Below are positions 11,324 through 23,614 of a stretch of DNA of 64,000 nt, piece by piece. Location of the stretch: contig DF237097.1 in assembly GCA_000708835.1 (NCBI GenBank), positions 93,964 through 157,963 of the forward strand, in the 5' to 3' direction. This DNA is from Klebsormidium nitens. Taxonomy: Eukaryota > Plantae > Klebsormidiophyceae. A program made the position numbers and the translations under genes. The notes beneath the pieces are model-generated. The model worked only from the letters and a program-made list of their open reading frames with translations. It made no database searches and was not told the DNA's origin. Position 1 is the first letter of the stretch. The number at the start of each line of letters is the position of its first letter.

Positions 11324-14300
11324 ATGATGGTGTCCTGCGCACTGACCATGTGCCGGGGGGCGGTGGTGAAACAGGGCCTGCGGGTCACAGCGAGCGCAAT
11401 GGGCCGCTCGCTTTGCAGCCATCCCCTACCGACGCCTCGGTTCAGCAGACGCTCCGCATGCAGAAGTCCCTTCCCCTTGATAGGCCCCATGATCCTCCTG
11501 TCTCAGCAGTTCACCTCTCAGAGCAGCGTGAGAGCAGATGCTGCTCACGACAAGGAAGTTGAGACGCAGACTCTGGAGAAGGAGACTGCGGAGGAGTTGC
11601 TGGAGGAGGCAAGCATGCTCTCAAGCCGAGCAGAAGCCAAGCTCCAGGAGCTCCAGTCAAAGTCTACGCAGACACGGGGCGATGACATCCAATCTGCGCT
11701 CGCAGACCTCAAGCACAACCTTTCCAGCCTGCAAGCAAAGCTGGCGGAATACCGATCAGAGTTCATGGAGAAGAAAACCACCCCTCCGGACACCGCAGAA
11801 CAAGCCATGTTGGATGAAGTCCCAAATGCAGACCGCCCCTTCCTGTCCGGCTTCATTCCTAGCTTCCCCTCCGCGCTGCATCTTCCCCATCTCCCCAGGA
11901 TGCCGCACCTCCACCTTCCTGGCCCCATCAGCTTGCCTCAGGTGATCAGACGGGAAAAGCGGACCGTTGCTACCGAAGGGGCAGAGCAGGCGGCTCAGGA
12001 CGACAAAGAAATGGGGGAGGTGTGCACGGCAGATGAATTGCATTACGTGGAAGTGAAGGGGACCGAATGGAAACTGGCCCTGTGGCGCTACCGGCCTGCA
12101 AAGGACGTGAGTGTTAGTGGACGCTTTTCTTCACATTTTGTTGCTAAACAGATTGCTGCTCCAGGATTTTGGGACGCTTGTGGCGCATTCGTTTTCATAC
12201 CTTTCTATGTCTGAACTGTTAGGATGACTCATTCATGTTGTTCAACGGTGTGTCCAACAAATCCTCTGCAGCATGTATCTGCCCTGCCTCTTCAGACAAA
12301 AGTTCATCGTTTCCTCCATAACTTTGTCTAAGGTAAATGTACCGTGATTGCAAACCCACGCGGGGTGTGGCGTTGCTCTCTTGTTGGAATTCTCACTGCC
12401 AAGCCCCAACCGTAAGAATGCGGTGAAAGCAGAGGATCTCGACATCCACAGACTTGTTTTTACGTCATTAAGTCAAGGACGAAGTTAAGGACGAATTTAG
12501 AGGTGGCAAAGAGGGCCTCAATCAGGATTACTTAGAAGCTGTGGCTCGTGCAGGCACTAGAAACCAGGTAGAGTTCTTACGTCAAGCACTGTGTTCCGTT
12601 GGTACCTCACATCACATTCAAGCTGAACAATCTTACAACAGCACACAGTCAAGTCCTCAGAAGAGTTGTCAATTGCGGATGCAGGCCGTGAAACGCAATC
12701 ATCCGGTCCTCCTCCTTGCCGGCGTTGCTTCCAATGCCTTCACTTTCGACCTTGATCCTCAGGTGAGCAGCACGTAATTGGCCCCTTGGTTTGCAGATGC
12801 TCAACTGTGGTGCCCCACTCGTATGAGAGTGCGGGGTGAGATCATTGCTGAGCTATTCAGTTCCATGCAAACATGACTGCAAGAGATTGGTCCTTCTGAA
12901 GAACTGAAGATTCTCCAGAAAGCACCAAACCTGGAGAGGAAAGGGTAGAGGCTGGAGGCATGGGTTTTATCTCAGGCAGGGCCAGATGTTGCGGGCTGTA
13001 CAGTTTGAGTCGCTTCACTGGCGAAATAATTTGTCGGTTGTGATTTGGTCGACTGTGCTTTCTGTACGCCACTTGTTCAGAGGTCCTTATAAGCTACTTT
13101 CCGCCGTGACTGGTGCAAAGCGGGTATAGTCACTCAATTTCGTTCTCGAATTTTCAAAGCAGCTGGTTGTGCATCTAATTCTGACAGCTAGAAGTCCAGT
13201 CAACATGGACAAGCCATCCAATTTTTTACGAACGAAAACCGGAACCGATCCTTGTTCAGACGACAGAACATTGACGAACTTCGATATTGAAGCGTCCTCT
13301 CCAAAATACCTTTCGTCCCCAAAACTTCTCTACGCAGTGTTTCTCAGTTAGTCATCATGTACTCATCATTGATGACCACAACAGGTATCTATGGCCCGCC
13401 ACCTGGCCGCCCGGGGCTTTGACACGTGGGTCGCCGAGGTGCGCGGCAACGGCCTCACTAAGCGCGTGACTCCCGAGGGGGAGGTTGAGTCCGAAGTCCA
13501 GATTGAGCTCCAGAGTTTGGAGACGATCCTTCCGTCGCTGCGCAACTTCGGAGAGTCGGAGTGGGCCAAGCGACTGAACGTAAACGTGCAGGTACGTCCG
13601 GGATTGCCAAGTATAGAGCGTTCTCTTCTTTGAGCAGGTCAAGGCTTCACGGCTTTGCTTCGTTAAATTGACAGTCAGTGTCTTAATTGCTCGAGAGTGG
13701 AGCATCGCTTTGATTTCAGATGGCGACCTAGCGTGGATCATCGTCAGCTGTTATCGACTTCTCATCGGCTATCTCGGTCCGCAATTGACTCGCTCATGAC
13801 TTGAATCCGAGTTGTCGCTTCCGAGATGCCTTTACTTCATGCGACCTTTAAGAGCTGCTCCCCCTCCTCAAGTGCTAGCTGGAACGCATCCCCCGTTTCT
13901 GGCGTGTGGCTCCCGCGTAAGAAGTCGAAAGTTCGGGAGATGAAGTCAAATTACGTCTGATTCTCAGGAGACGACTTCAAAGTACGTGCAATTCGCCATG
14001 CAGGACTACATCGACTACTTGGAAAAGCTGCTTCCCCTCCTCGAGCGCTACCTGGAGCGCATTCCTCGTTTCTGGCTTGTGGCTCCCCGTAATAAGTCGA
14101 AAGTTCAGGAGATGAAGTCAAATTACGTGTGATTCTCAGGTGACGAATTCAAAGTACGTGCAATCCGCCATGCAGCACTCCATTCAACTACTTGGAAAAG
14201 CTGCCTTCCCTCCCCGAGCGCTACCTGGAGCGCGTCCGCCCAGATTACCAGTCAAATCCTTACCAGTCAACGATCTGGACCCTAGAAGTCGAAAGCTCGC

Positions 14301-17300
14301 AGAGATTTCTGACGGTCTGGGTGCTTCTTACGCAGGACTACATCAATTACTTGGAGAAGCTGCTCCCGCTCCTCGAGCGCTACCTGGAGCGCATCAAGCC
14401 GTTCCTGACGCGCGGTTCGCGCGTCGTGGACCAGACCCGCAGCAGCGCGCGCGAGTTCCAGCGCCTTTTCGACTGGGACTTCGACAGCTTTCTGCTGGAA
14501 GACGTGCCGGCCGCTATGGAATTCGTGAAGGAGAAAACGGCGCCGAAGGACGGGAAGGTGCTGGCGATCGGGCACTCGATGGGGGGCATTCTGCTGTACT
14601 GCCTGCTGTCGACGAAGGGTGAGCGGAAATGGCTCCTAGGATTTATGTTTGTACGAATTGGGACATCGTCTGTTGGTTCGAGAGACAACTGCATCTAGAT
14701 TACGTTTGGTCATGCTCGTCGTTGACTGAGGCTGGACGCAGACGTGATAAGGAACGCGAGTCTGTGTAAGGTCCGTGATAATACCTCATCCTAAGATCCG
14801 CGAGCATTCTGTCGGATCTGCAATCAGAGCCTTGCATGTGCAAAAGACGACACAAAAGCCTCGCATGCGCAAATCCAGGGGGAACGGATTCATTCCTGCG
14901 ACGAAAGGCAGGCTTGAATCTATCTGAGATGACTGTCTCAAAGCACCCTGGAACTGATGTCACGTGACGTCGTCCGCTTGCAGGGAAGGAGGCGGGACTG
15001 AAAGCGGCAGTTACGCTGGCGTCAGCTCTTGACTATTCCCCGGGCAGCGTCCTCAAACTCATTCTTCCCCTGGTAAGGCGACGGAATCCGTTTGTGACGT
15101 GACCCTGGCGTCGGAGCCTTTGGATGACGTCGACTCCGTTTTCAAGTCGCCTTATCAAAGCCGCTTTAGCTTCCACAATCGCCGCAGTTCTCGCCCCTGT
15201 TTCTGGTCCGTTCTACTGGCCATTCACACTCCCGCTTGACACTGGCTTCTTTGTCTTTCATTGCCGTGTTCCTTCGTCCCGCTTCCGTGTTTCGACAGCC
15301 ACTAGCTTCGTTTCTCGCCAGAAGCGGAATTTCTTTGGCCTTGTCTCAATCTCGCGCGTCCAAAGAACATGTTCTTGCCAGTTCCCCCGGCACGCTAACA
15401 GCCCCTTGTGTCCTGGACAAGCTGCAAATAAGGTCTGCTTCTGTCCAAGCTTCAGGATTTCGCATGAAGCCTGAGAATCAGAAACCTTTGTCTCATTCAG
15501 CAGAATGGTCGCATTCCTTTGCCGTGTCCCCAACGCAAGTGCCCCCCTCAAATACGGTATCCTATGCGCTCCTTTCAGCTTGTACATGTCGAGGCCAACT
15601 TTCTTTTCTTATCGGAACAAGCCTTGGCTTCTCTGACAGTGTCATTTCCGCAGGAGATCCTGCCCTCCCGGTTGCAACTTACGGCCATTCTCCTCGGGAT
15701 TAAACTCGGTCCAATCAGCCCAGTGATTCGACCAGCAGATTAACCACTCCCCTTATGCCGAATTGCTAACGCTCAAAAGTATTATTTCAATCTTAAGAAC
15801 CTTCGGCGCGCTCAGTCTGCTATCGCAGGAAAGCCCTGCGTCCCGGTTGGAAGTCCCGCCTATCCCCAAAGGCAACGTATGTGCTCCGATCAGCCAAATG
15901 CTTTTGGCTCGCGGGCAAAGAACGCCTCGCCTGCCTGACGTGTTACAGCTTTACAGGGAACCCTTCGCGCATACCTTACCAACACGCTGGTTGGGCAGAT
16001 TTTTGCCCAATAATTTACTATGTTCGTTTTGAAAATTGGGCAACTCATTTTGGAATCTTTAAGAATTTAAAATTTTTGGTATATAGTCAGAAAACCCTTT
16101 TCCCACCAGCCAAAAAAGATGGAAACTAATATATTGGAATCTTGCTTCATTTGCAAATTGGGCAGAATGAAGAAAAGGGTAATGAAAGTAATGAAAATTT
16201 TGGGCAAACTCAAAATAGATTAATTGATGCCCAACCGCGTATTGGTATGGTACACCCTTGCCTACACCCTTGCAGGAGATTCCTGCATCCCGGTTGCAAG
16301 TCCCGGCCATCCCCCTCGGTATCATGATGCGCTCCATCCAACCGGTCGTCGCGTGGGCGCCCACCATGTGGCCGCTGACGTGGCTCTCGAAACACGTGTC
16401 AGCCAACGGGAGCATGGACCCCGCGCTGGTGGCCAAGGTCTACGGCATGAACTTTGGTGAGCGGGCTTTTGCTGCATTCGGTTCCTTCGGCAATTTCGCC
16501 AGCTTTAGATTCTCGAATAAGTACAGGTTGTGGGAGCATACTCTACGTTCTTTGGAAAAGGGTTTTACATAACACTTGATTTCATCTGAACGCACGAGCT
16601 GCCCCAATCGAATCGTCCATTGTCAGGGTACAAAGCTGGGCCGTCGAAGAGGAAAAGCCAAGCCATCGGCCGGTTCAGATCCTGTGATGAGCAAACATTC
16701 AAGCGGCCAGTTTCGCTGAAACCTGTGATAAATTTAGCTCCACTGGGTTTCAAATCGCATCATTGCAGACAAGCCTCCCCAAGTCACTCCCTTCGTGCAT
16801 GTGTAAACACTGCGAAGGGAGTGTGGGAAGGCCGTGTCTAGGCTTTCTCACCGGATCACTCCTGAGCTGCCAGCCGCCATTACGTACCTGTATTTGACAA
16901 ATGATATAGCAGCCAGCGTGCCAATAATCGTTCATTCTTGACGTTCACAGGCACCGTCTCCGTAGAAGCGCTGCTGCAGCTCGCGGCAAAACTCCAGTCG
17001 GGCGCTAAGCTCGTGTTCCTTTCTCCATCAGGTTGCTCATAAGCTGTCAAGTTCGGACATATACTTTCAGACCACACCCTTCAGCGTGACTAGCTTCGTT
17101 CCCATCGATTTTGACAGATACGGTCTCCGTGAAAGCCCCGCTGCAGGTTGTGACGGTGTTTCAGCCGTGCACTAAAGATTCTCTTGCTACTTGGATAGCC
17201 CGTAACGCGCCAATGCCAGACATATGCTGACAGACTATTCCCTCCAAAACAGCCAGATCGCCGAAACCTGTTTGCTTCTGGCTTTCGCAGGAACCGTCTC

Positions 17301-18517
17301 CGTGAAAGCACTGCTGCAGCTCGCGACGGTGTTCCAGCCAGGGGGCCTGCAGAGCCGCGACGGTCAGATCAAGTACATGGAGCAACTCAAGACGACAGAC
17401 GTGCCCATTCTGGCTGTTGCAGGGGACCAGGACACGATCTGCCCGCCGAACACAGTCCAAGGTGAGGATTTAGGCTTCAAGAATCGGGGGTTTATGGGTT
17501 TAAAGTTTGGGCTTTGGCGGCTTCCGGAGACGTACCGGTTGTTGTACAAGTTTGCGTGATAAAAACCGTGTCGCATGCGCTGTTGGATCAAGGTCGGGCA
17601 GATGAGGGCCGGGGTTTCTCAAAGGCCTCGGGACCGCGCTTTGCTTTTGTTGGATCGAATAGAGAATGACAAAGCCACCGGACTGACTGAGGCACTTGTA
17701 TTTTGAGACTCTGATTCCCAACCCTCAATTGATTCTTATCTTACCTGACCCGCGGTCATAGAGCAAAGCGTAGGAAACTGTAAGCACGCAACGTTCGCGC
17801 CTGCGGCTGCCACCGAAGGTGAGCGTCCTGAGAACTAGAACGGCGGGAGAAATTGACGGGAGCTCGTCCGTCGCTGCAGCAACCGCGAAGGTGGTTCCGG
17901 AGAACCTGCTCGAGTACCACTGCTTTGGTGGTCACGACAATTCGCACTACGGCCACTACGATCTGCTTGGCCACCGAAACGTGAGTAGTACCGCTCTTCC
18001 CCTAAACTTTTACGTACTTCTCGATTGAATGAACGATAAGCCCATTGACCATTTAGCTCTTGGGTTCCAAATATGATCCTATACTAGGGGAAGACGCCTT
18101 ACCTATGTCAAAGCCATGTGGGTTAAAAGGGCCTTAAAAGGGGTTAAAAGCCCTTTTAACCCACCCGGCAGATAGTCTTACACTGTCGTTACATTTTGAA
18201 AAATCAGAGAAAAACCATTTCCTCTTCGGAGGTAAACACCATTTCCTCTTCGGAAGTGTCTGCCTTTGTTCTCGTCTGCCCCCGCTGTAGATTGCATAGG
18301 AAGGACTGAACTTATCGCCACTTCTAGTGGAGCCAGTCGGCTAGAAAGAGACCGACTGACTGTCCTCACAGAATTCCACTTATTCTCTTATGCATTTGTC
18401 CAGGCGCCGAAGGAGGTCTTCCCCGTCGTCTTCGACTTTTTGGAGGCGCACGACGCCCTCGAGAAGGAACCTGAGCCTGAGCCTGAGCCTGCTCGCCCAC
18501 ATGTAGGACAAAGGTAG
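11324..18517 (+). CDS. Alpha/beta hydrolase, plant UCP031088 type; 9 exons
   Basis: Exons 11324-12106, 12685-12762, 13385-13591, 14336-14618, 14984-15072, 16276-16456, 17291-17461, 17880-17980 and 18404-18517. Motifs: ADELHYV..EWKLALWRY, HPVLLLAGVASNA, GFDTWVAEVRGNG, nucleophile elbow GHSMGG, AVAGDQD (acid), YGHYDLL (His). Confidence 0.9.
13868..14395 (+). repeat. Tandem ~160-172 bp duplication spanning the exon-4 acceptor of the alpha/beta hydrolase
   Basis: Exon-head copies at 14004 and 14176 precede the true exon start at 14336; the intron portion is shared between units. Confidence 0.9.
15640..16320 (+). repeat. Degenerate copies of the exon-6 acceptor/head of the alpha/beta hydrolase
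   Basis: cgcagGAGATCCTGCCCTCCCGGTTGCAA (15654) and cgcagGAAAGCCCTGCGTCCCGGTTGGAAGTCCCG (15829) versus the true tgcagGAGATTCCTGCATCCCGGTTGCAAGTCCCG (16276). Confidence 0.85.
16940..17345 (+). repeat. Degenerate copies of the exon-7 acceptor/head of the alpha/beta hydrolase
   Basis: Copies at 16951 and 17118 versus the true start at 17291 (ACCGTCTCCGTGAAAGCACTGCTGCAG). Confidence 0.85.
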
Positions 18518-20084
18518 CCCGGCGAGAGGAGGGTTGCACAATCTTCATCCTTAAAACGGTTGTGGAAAGATAGGTAGGAGGCAGGATCGACCAGTTCGAG
18601 CCACATAGAGATACATTCGATCAGACGCTGCATAAAGAGGTGCACTTGTCAAGAACCGTGCATGAATTGTACAGGTAATCGCAGAATTTTAGAGGCTAGA
18701 AAGATATGTTATGCATGCAGTATGGACAGGATTTCAGCATCCATAAGCAGCCCATGGCTTGTCACCAAAACAGCTGATCCTTGCTGCATGCGCAGTAGTA
18801 GGTCTGTCAGCTCTGCAATTTCTTTTCTGTCTTTGTGCTACCTCTTCTTCGCAAAGTCTGAAGCCGCAGTACAAGGAGTTCGTAGGCTGTAAATTTCTAC
18901 AAAGTGTCGACATGAAGTGAGCTACGCGTCTTGTAGACTCGGATTGCACTTATCATTTGCATGGGCCGAACAGGTCTTCTATTACGCGCGTCACTATGCG
19001 TGCATGCCATGAAGGGGTAGCTCCCTGACGGTTGCAAGCACGTTTACAACATGTTGCACGGAGGATCTGCGGCTCTGGCCGTTACTGCTTAATGTACATG
19101 CCACAATAGGTCGATCACTGAACCTACTAGTAATGAAGCCATCATGATCATTTCCATAGCATATAAAGGATTGGGGTATGGTACACGCGACCGGCGTACT
19201 AGTTGGAGTGCTTACGATATATAAGCGCCCATGGCAATCAACACTGGTGCGGCCGGTCTTTGGCGCAACAATTTGAAACGAAATCTCAGCTGTCGGAAGC
19301 TCAACCTGATGTCAATGATTGACTGCACCGTGCATCATGTTGCTCCGGTCGACGCCTGCCCTAATCCGGCCCACATTTTACAAGACTCTTGAGACCGCGC
19401 CTCACGCGCACGCCGGACTGACCCCAGGTTGGGCGGGGCATTGGCCCTGGCAGCAAATCGAGTCGCTACCGGCAGCGCTGAAGCACTGCACAAACAAAGA
19501 TAGAAAGCATGAGCATCTTCAACAATCCGGCTTATCAGGACCATCCTTCAGGAGGACTTTGCGCTTTCAGGAGAATCCTCAGCACTCCATCCTTTGTACC
19601 GGCATGCAATCTCGAGCACCAGTGAAGCGTAACTGTTCTCCGCATGCAACTGCGATACCAGCTGTCCACATGGAAGTCGTGGTTTCCGCGGTCCGTGACT
19701 TTCTGTTATCAAACGTCAATGTTAACCTCTGAGCGAGCTTTGCCGCTTTTACACAGGCAATGCGCCCGTTGAGAAAATCTCCCCCATGCACATGGGGTCT
19801 GTAGCTTTTTGCGTAGCAAATTCTTGCACTGGTGTTGAGAACTTCTATATATACTCCAATTCGGGACGGAAGGGCCCGGGCGGCTTTTTGGCTTCTATAT
19901 GTATATCTTCAGATGACGGATGTGGAAAGGTCCAACTTTCGTGAAGCAGCCTCACTCACAGCTGTTCATAAGGCTGTTCCCTGAAACAAGGGGAATTGTT
20001 GGAAAGCCCGGCTGAAAAGCCCAAGCGCCAGTCCCCATAATTAGACGACGCAACCCTCACACAAGGAGGCAAGCTCGTCCCTGG

Positions 20085-23000
20085 TCAATAGCTTACCTGG
20101 TTCGGGTTTGCGGAGTTTGGGTTACACGCGCCGTTGACCGGCGGAACCCCCACGTCCAGGAAGAGGTCAGGCAGAGTGAACTTGGGCAGTACGTAAAACC
20201 GAAGGTTGTATCCAATCGTGAACTCTCCGGTGAGCGGATTGGCGGCGATCGTGTTTTCGTGGGCGATTCCGGTGGCTCCGGTGTAGGCTCTGGTTCCGCC
20301 CACGATCGCGATGTCGTTGGGGGTCGACAGGAACTGGCCCTGGGAGGTTGGGAGAGCCAAGACGAAGTAGATACTCAACAACAGGATTGAGTCAAAAACA
20401 AAGTGGCAATCTTTTCTGGTAGGAGGGCCTAGGTGAAGCTCTGAAGAAGATTTGATCAAAGGATCAAACCTTGTACTACACCCAAAATCAAAGAATGGAA
20501 AGGTTACGAAGGACAGCGGTGAGTTGGTTGCCAGCCCCTGTGAGTTGCACGGCAGTCTTTTACGAAGGATCTTGAGCATGCAAGGGGTAGGCATGGCTGC
20601 GTAGAGTCGGTTGTAGAAGTCGTAAGGGGAGAGTGTCTCGAGGATGCTGATATATATTCTGCTTCCGGAACTACCGCCCAAAGCCCCCCTAATCATTGCC
20701 TTTCAAAAAAGGGTGGCTTTTCGTCTTTTTTTGTTTGTGCGCACCAAGTCTATCCCCTTTCTCTCCCTTCCCTTTTCCTTCGAAAACGAATGAAAGAGTG
20801 GTTGCTCGATTCCCAATCATCCACCCCTTCAGTTGACTGTTCCTACACTCCCGAAACGTCAACATGAGCCGTCGATCTTGGGAGCAAACATTCTCCAACT
20901 GCAAGTTCCAACACGGATGGTAAGAGAACGGGGATCCCCAGCCAGCAATCTGAAAACCACCCTCGACTAAAACCCCTTCAAGTCCCCGCTTCAGACACAA
21001 ATTTGCGTCGAAATGAAAAGTTACTCCTGAGGCTATAGCTGCGGCACAACGGACAGGTTTTGCGGACCCACCTGCAGCGCAATCGTTCCGTCCGCAAACA
21101 CGAAGGTGAAGGAGCAGAAAAGCTCGTAGAAGCCTGTCGCCAGATTGAGCGCGGTCGTCTCTTCGCAGATGCCGATGCTCACGCCCACCTCCTCTCGGGT
21201 GTGGATGTCCTGGAGAATGTTCCTGCGTAAGCACTTCGTGATTCTTTGCGCTTGGTGTTCTTAACACTAGGGAGATCTTCAATGTGGGTTCAAGTTTGCT
21301 TTTGGCGGGGTGGGTTGTCTCGAGAATATTTCTGCGAGTCCACGAAAAGCAAGAACTTCGCAACCCCGAGCGCTCGGTAGTCTTTCCAAAACGGGTTCGG
21401 ATTGCTTGAAGGTTTCCATTCGTGCCCGGTGTGTGATCCTCAAGAATGTTCCTGCGCAGCCGCCGAAACCATAGGCACTCCGCAACCTTTGAAGTACTTG
21501 CTTACGTGGCCGAGGAGAACGTGTGATTGGAGGTTTTCAAGTTTGTCTGGGCGGGAGAATCCTGAGAAATAAACCTGCAGCTCCGGAAAAATGACTGAGA
21601 GAGTTCTTAGACACGCAGGGTTTATTTTTGAGGTCTGCTGCCAAGGAAATTAGGTTTTCTATAAGCTGCTGTCGTGATTTATCTTGGGAGAATTGTCTGG
21701 CTTCGATATCGTCGAAGTGATGTACGACCTTGGAAACAGCAACTGTGGGTCGTCGAATATTGATGCCAGTAGAAAAGAGAAAGCACTGAACTGTGGCTTG
21801 TAGATACGTAGAGGACATTTCTTTGGGTCCAAGGATTTTGATGCCCAACCGTAGTAAGCAGAAAACTTACACAGCTATTGTCAGGTATGAACACCCTTGC
21901 TTTTGTTGATAAAATGGATTTCTACGCAAAAGTTTTTATTACTCATGACGATCGGGCAGTCGCTCAAAAGGTCCTCTTCTAACGGAGAACAACGACGTGC
22001 TTTATTCCTCAATGGTCGTCTGCCAGCATCAAACAGCAACATCTACCTAGATAGGGGCGAAAGAAAGGTCGGACTCTGATGGGCCACAAGAATAGACTCG
22101 AGAGGCCCCAGAAATTCCTCAAGAAATCGCACCACAATTACTCATCATCAACTGGTCCTGAAGTCACAAGTTACAACCGTATTAAAAATCAGCGCCGCTC
22201 ACCTGAAGTATGATTGGTCACCGAAGTTGAATCCCGGGACGACTTGCGTGGTGGCGTTCGAGAACTCCACCAGTTCTTTTCGGACCTCTGTGTAGTCCAA
22301 AGCGACTGCTGACGCATGCCCGATGCAGAGAAGCGCAGCAAACAGAAGCACTACCTGTTACAGCAACGAGAAGAGAGATCTCAGTATGGCACATGTCTGC
22401 ATGGCTGGAGCTGTTTAGCTGAGAGAGTCGAATCTGATCTGTTCAAGAGTAAGCAGAGATTGCGTCATTGCCCTTTAGATGGACAAGAAGCGAGACTGTG
22501 CATGACTCAAAATAAACAGGTAACTACCAGCATCAACGATTAATGTGCAAACGGTCTTCGTAATCTAGGGATCTGGGAGCTGCTGAAGGTTGAAGACAAC
22601 AATAAGTGATTGGGAACAGTGTGCCGGATCCTTATGGTGAGAGATCCTTATGGTGAGGCCGTGATATAGGTTGCAAAGCTCATGATGCCGGTTTTACAGA
22701 TACATTCATATCGCGAGTATGAAGTTGAAGAAACTTCACAGAAGAAGCGGGTACAAAGGCATGTACTTTGCATCTGGCAGGGTTTTATCACTTGGCAGCA
22801 AAGATGCAGTGAATCATCTGGCGAGCATATGTACGCACTTACTCGATAAGACCTGCACCTCAGACAAGCTGAACTTAGCGGTACAGTAGTTTCCAAAGGC
22901 CGCAAATGTTACTGTATAAGGCCTGCACCCATGCGCATCTTCCCTCACCTTTGAACCGATGGCCATATTATTGCCTGGAACTGTTCTGGTGCGGCGGCGT

Positions 23001-23155
23001 TGTGATACAAAGTTGGTTCCAAGGTTCTGGCCGCCAGTTGAGTCGTTCCAGAAGAACCTGTTCTCAAACACCCTGCTGCTGAGCTGGCCGTAAAAAGGCA
23101 AGAAAATCTGGTCGTTCATATCAGCAGTCCAGAGACGTAGTTCCAGCGGCTCGGA
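20085..23155 (-). CDS. Allene oxide cyclase-like / dirigent beta-barrel protein; 5' end not resolved
   Basis: Exons 23155-22949, 22852-22843 (10 nt), 22308(or 22305)-22203, 21222-21072 and 20339-20085 are phase-consistent. Motifs: FNFGDQSYFRNIL..EVGVSIGIC, YELFCSFTF..DGTIALQG, IAIVGGTRAYTGATG. Start exon(s) upstream of 23155 not identified. Confidence 0.75.
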
Positions 23156-23614
23156 CTAGATGATAAGTATTGAGTTGCTGGCGGCTCCAGTAATTTGAGA
23201 GCGTTCGCCTCACCGCTCTATCATTTGGTTAATTATTTTGAGTCGTTCAGATTCGTCCTTCAAACCTTGTCTGCCTGGAGTATAAGAGTTGCAGAGCTCT
23301 CACATCCTCAAAACCAAGTCTTGAGGAGTGGGCTTCCAATGTCACTGTTGCAAACATTTCACCGAGCGCTTTTGTAGCTGCGTCTGAAATAAGCGGTAAA
23401 GCGGCATATACCTACTCGGCTGTGTATTGACAGCTGGCATCTTGGCATTGGACTCGATTGTAAGGCTGTACGACAGGTGGCGTTTTTCCAGATCACTGGT
23501 CTCGATCATTCTTACGTCACATTTAGGTATGCGAGCTCAGGAGCAGGGCGGCTTTGAAAGCGGCTTTGCCTAGTAGGCCTGTCATCAAGGAGCCTCTGTA
23601 AGGTGTGCATTATA

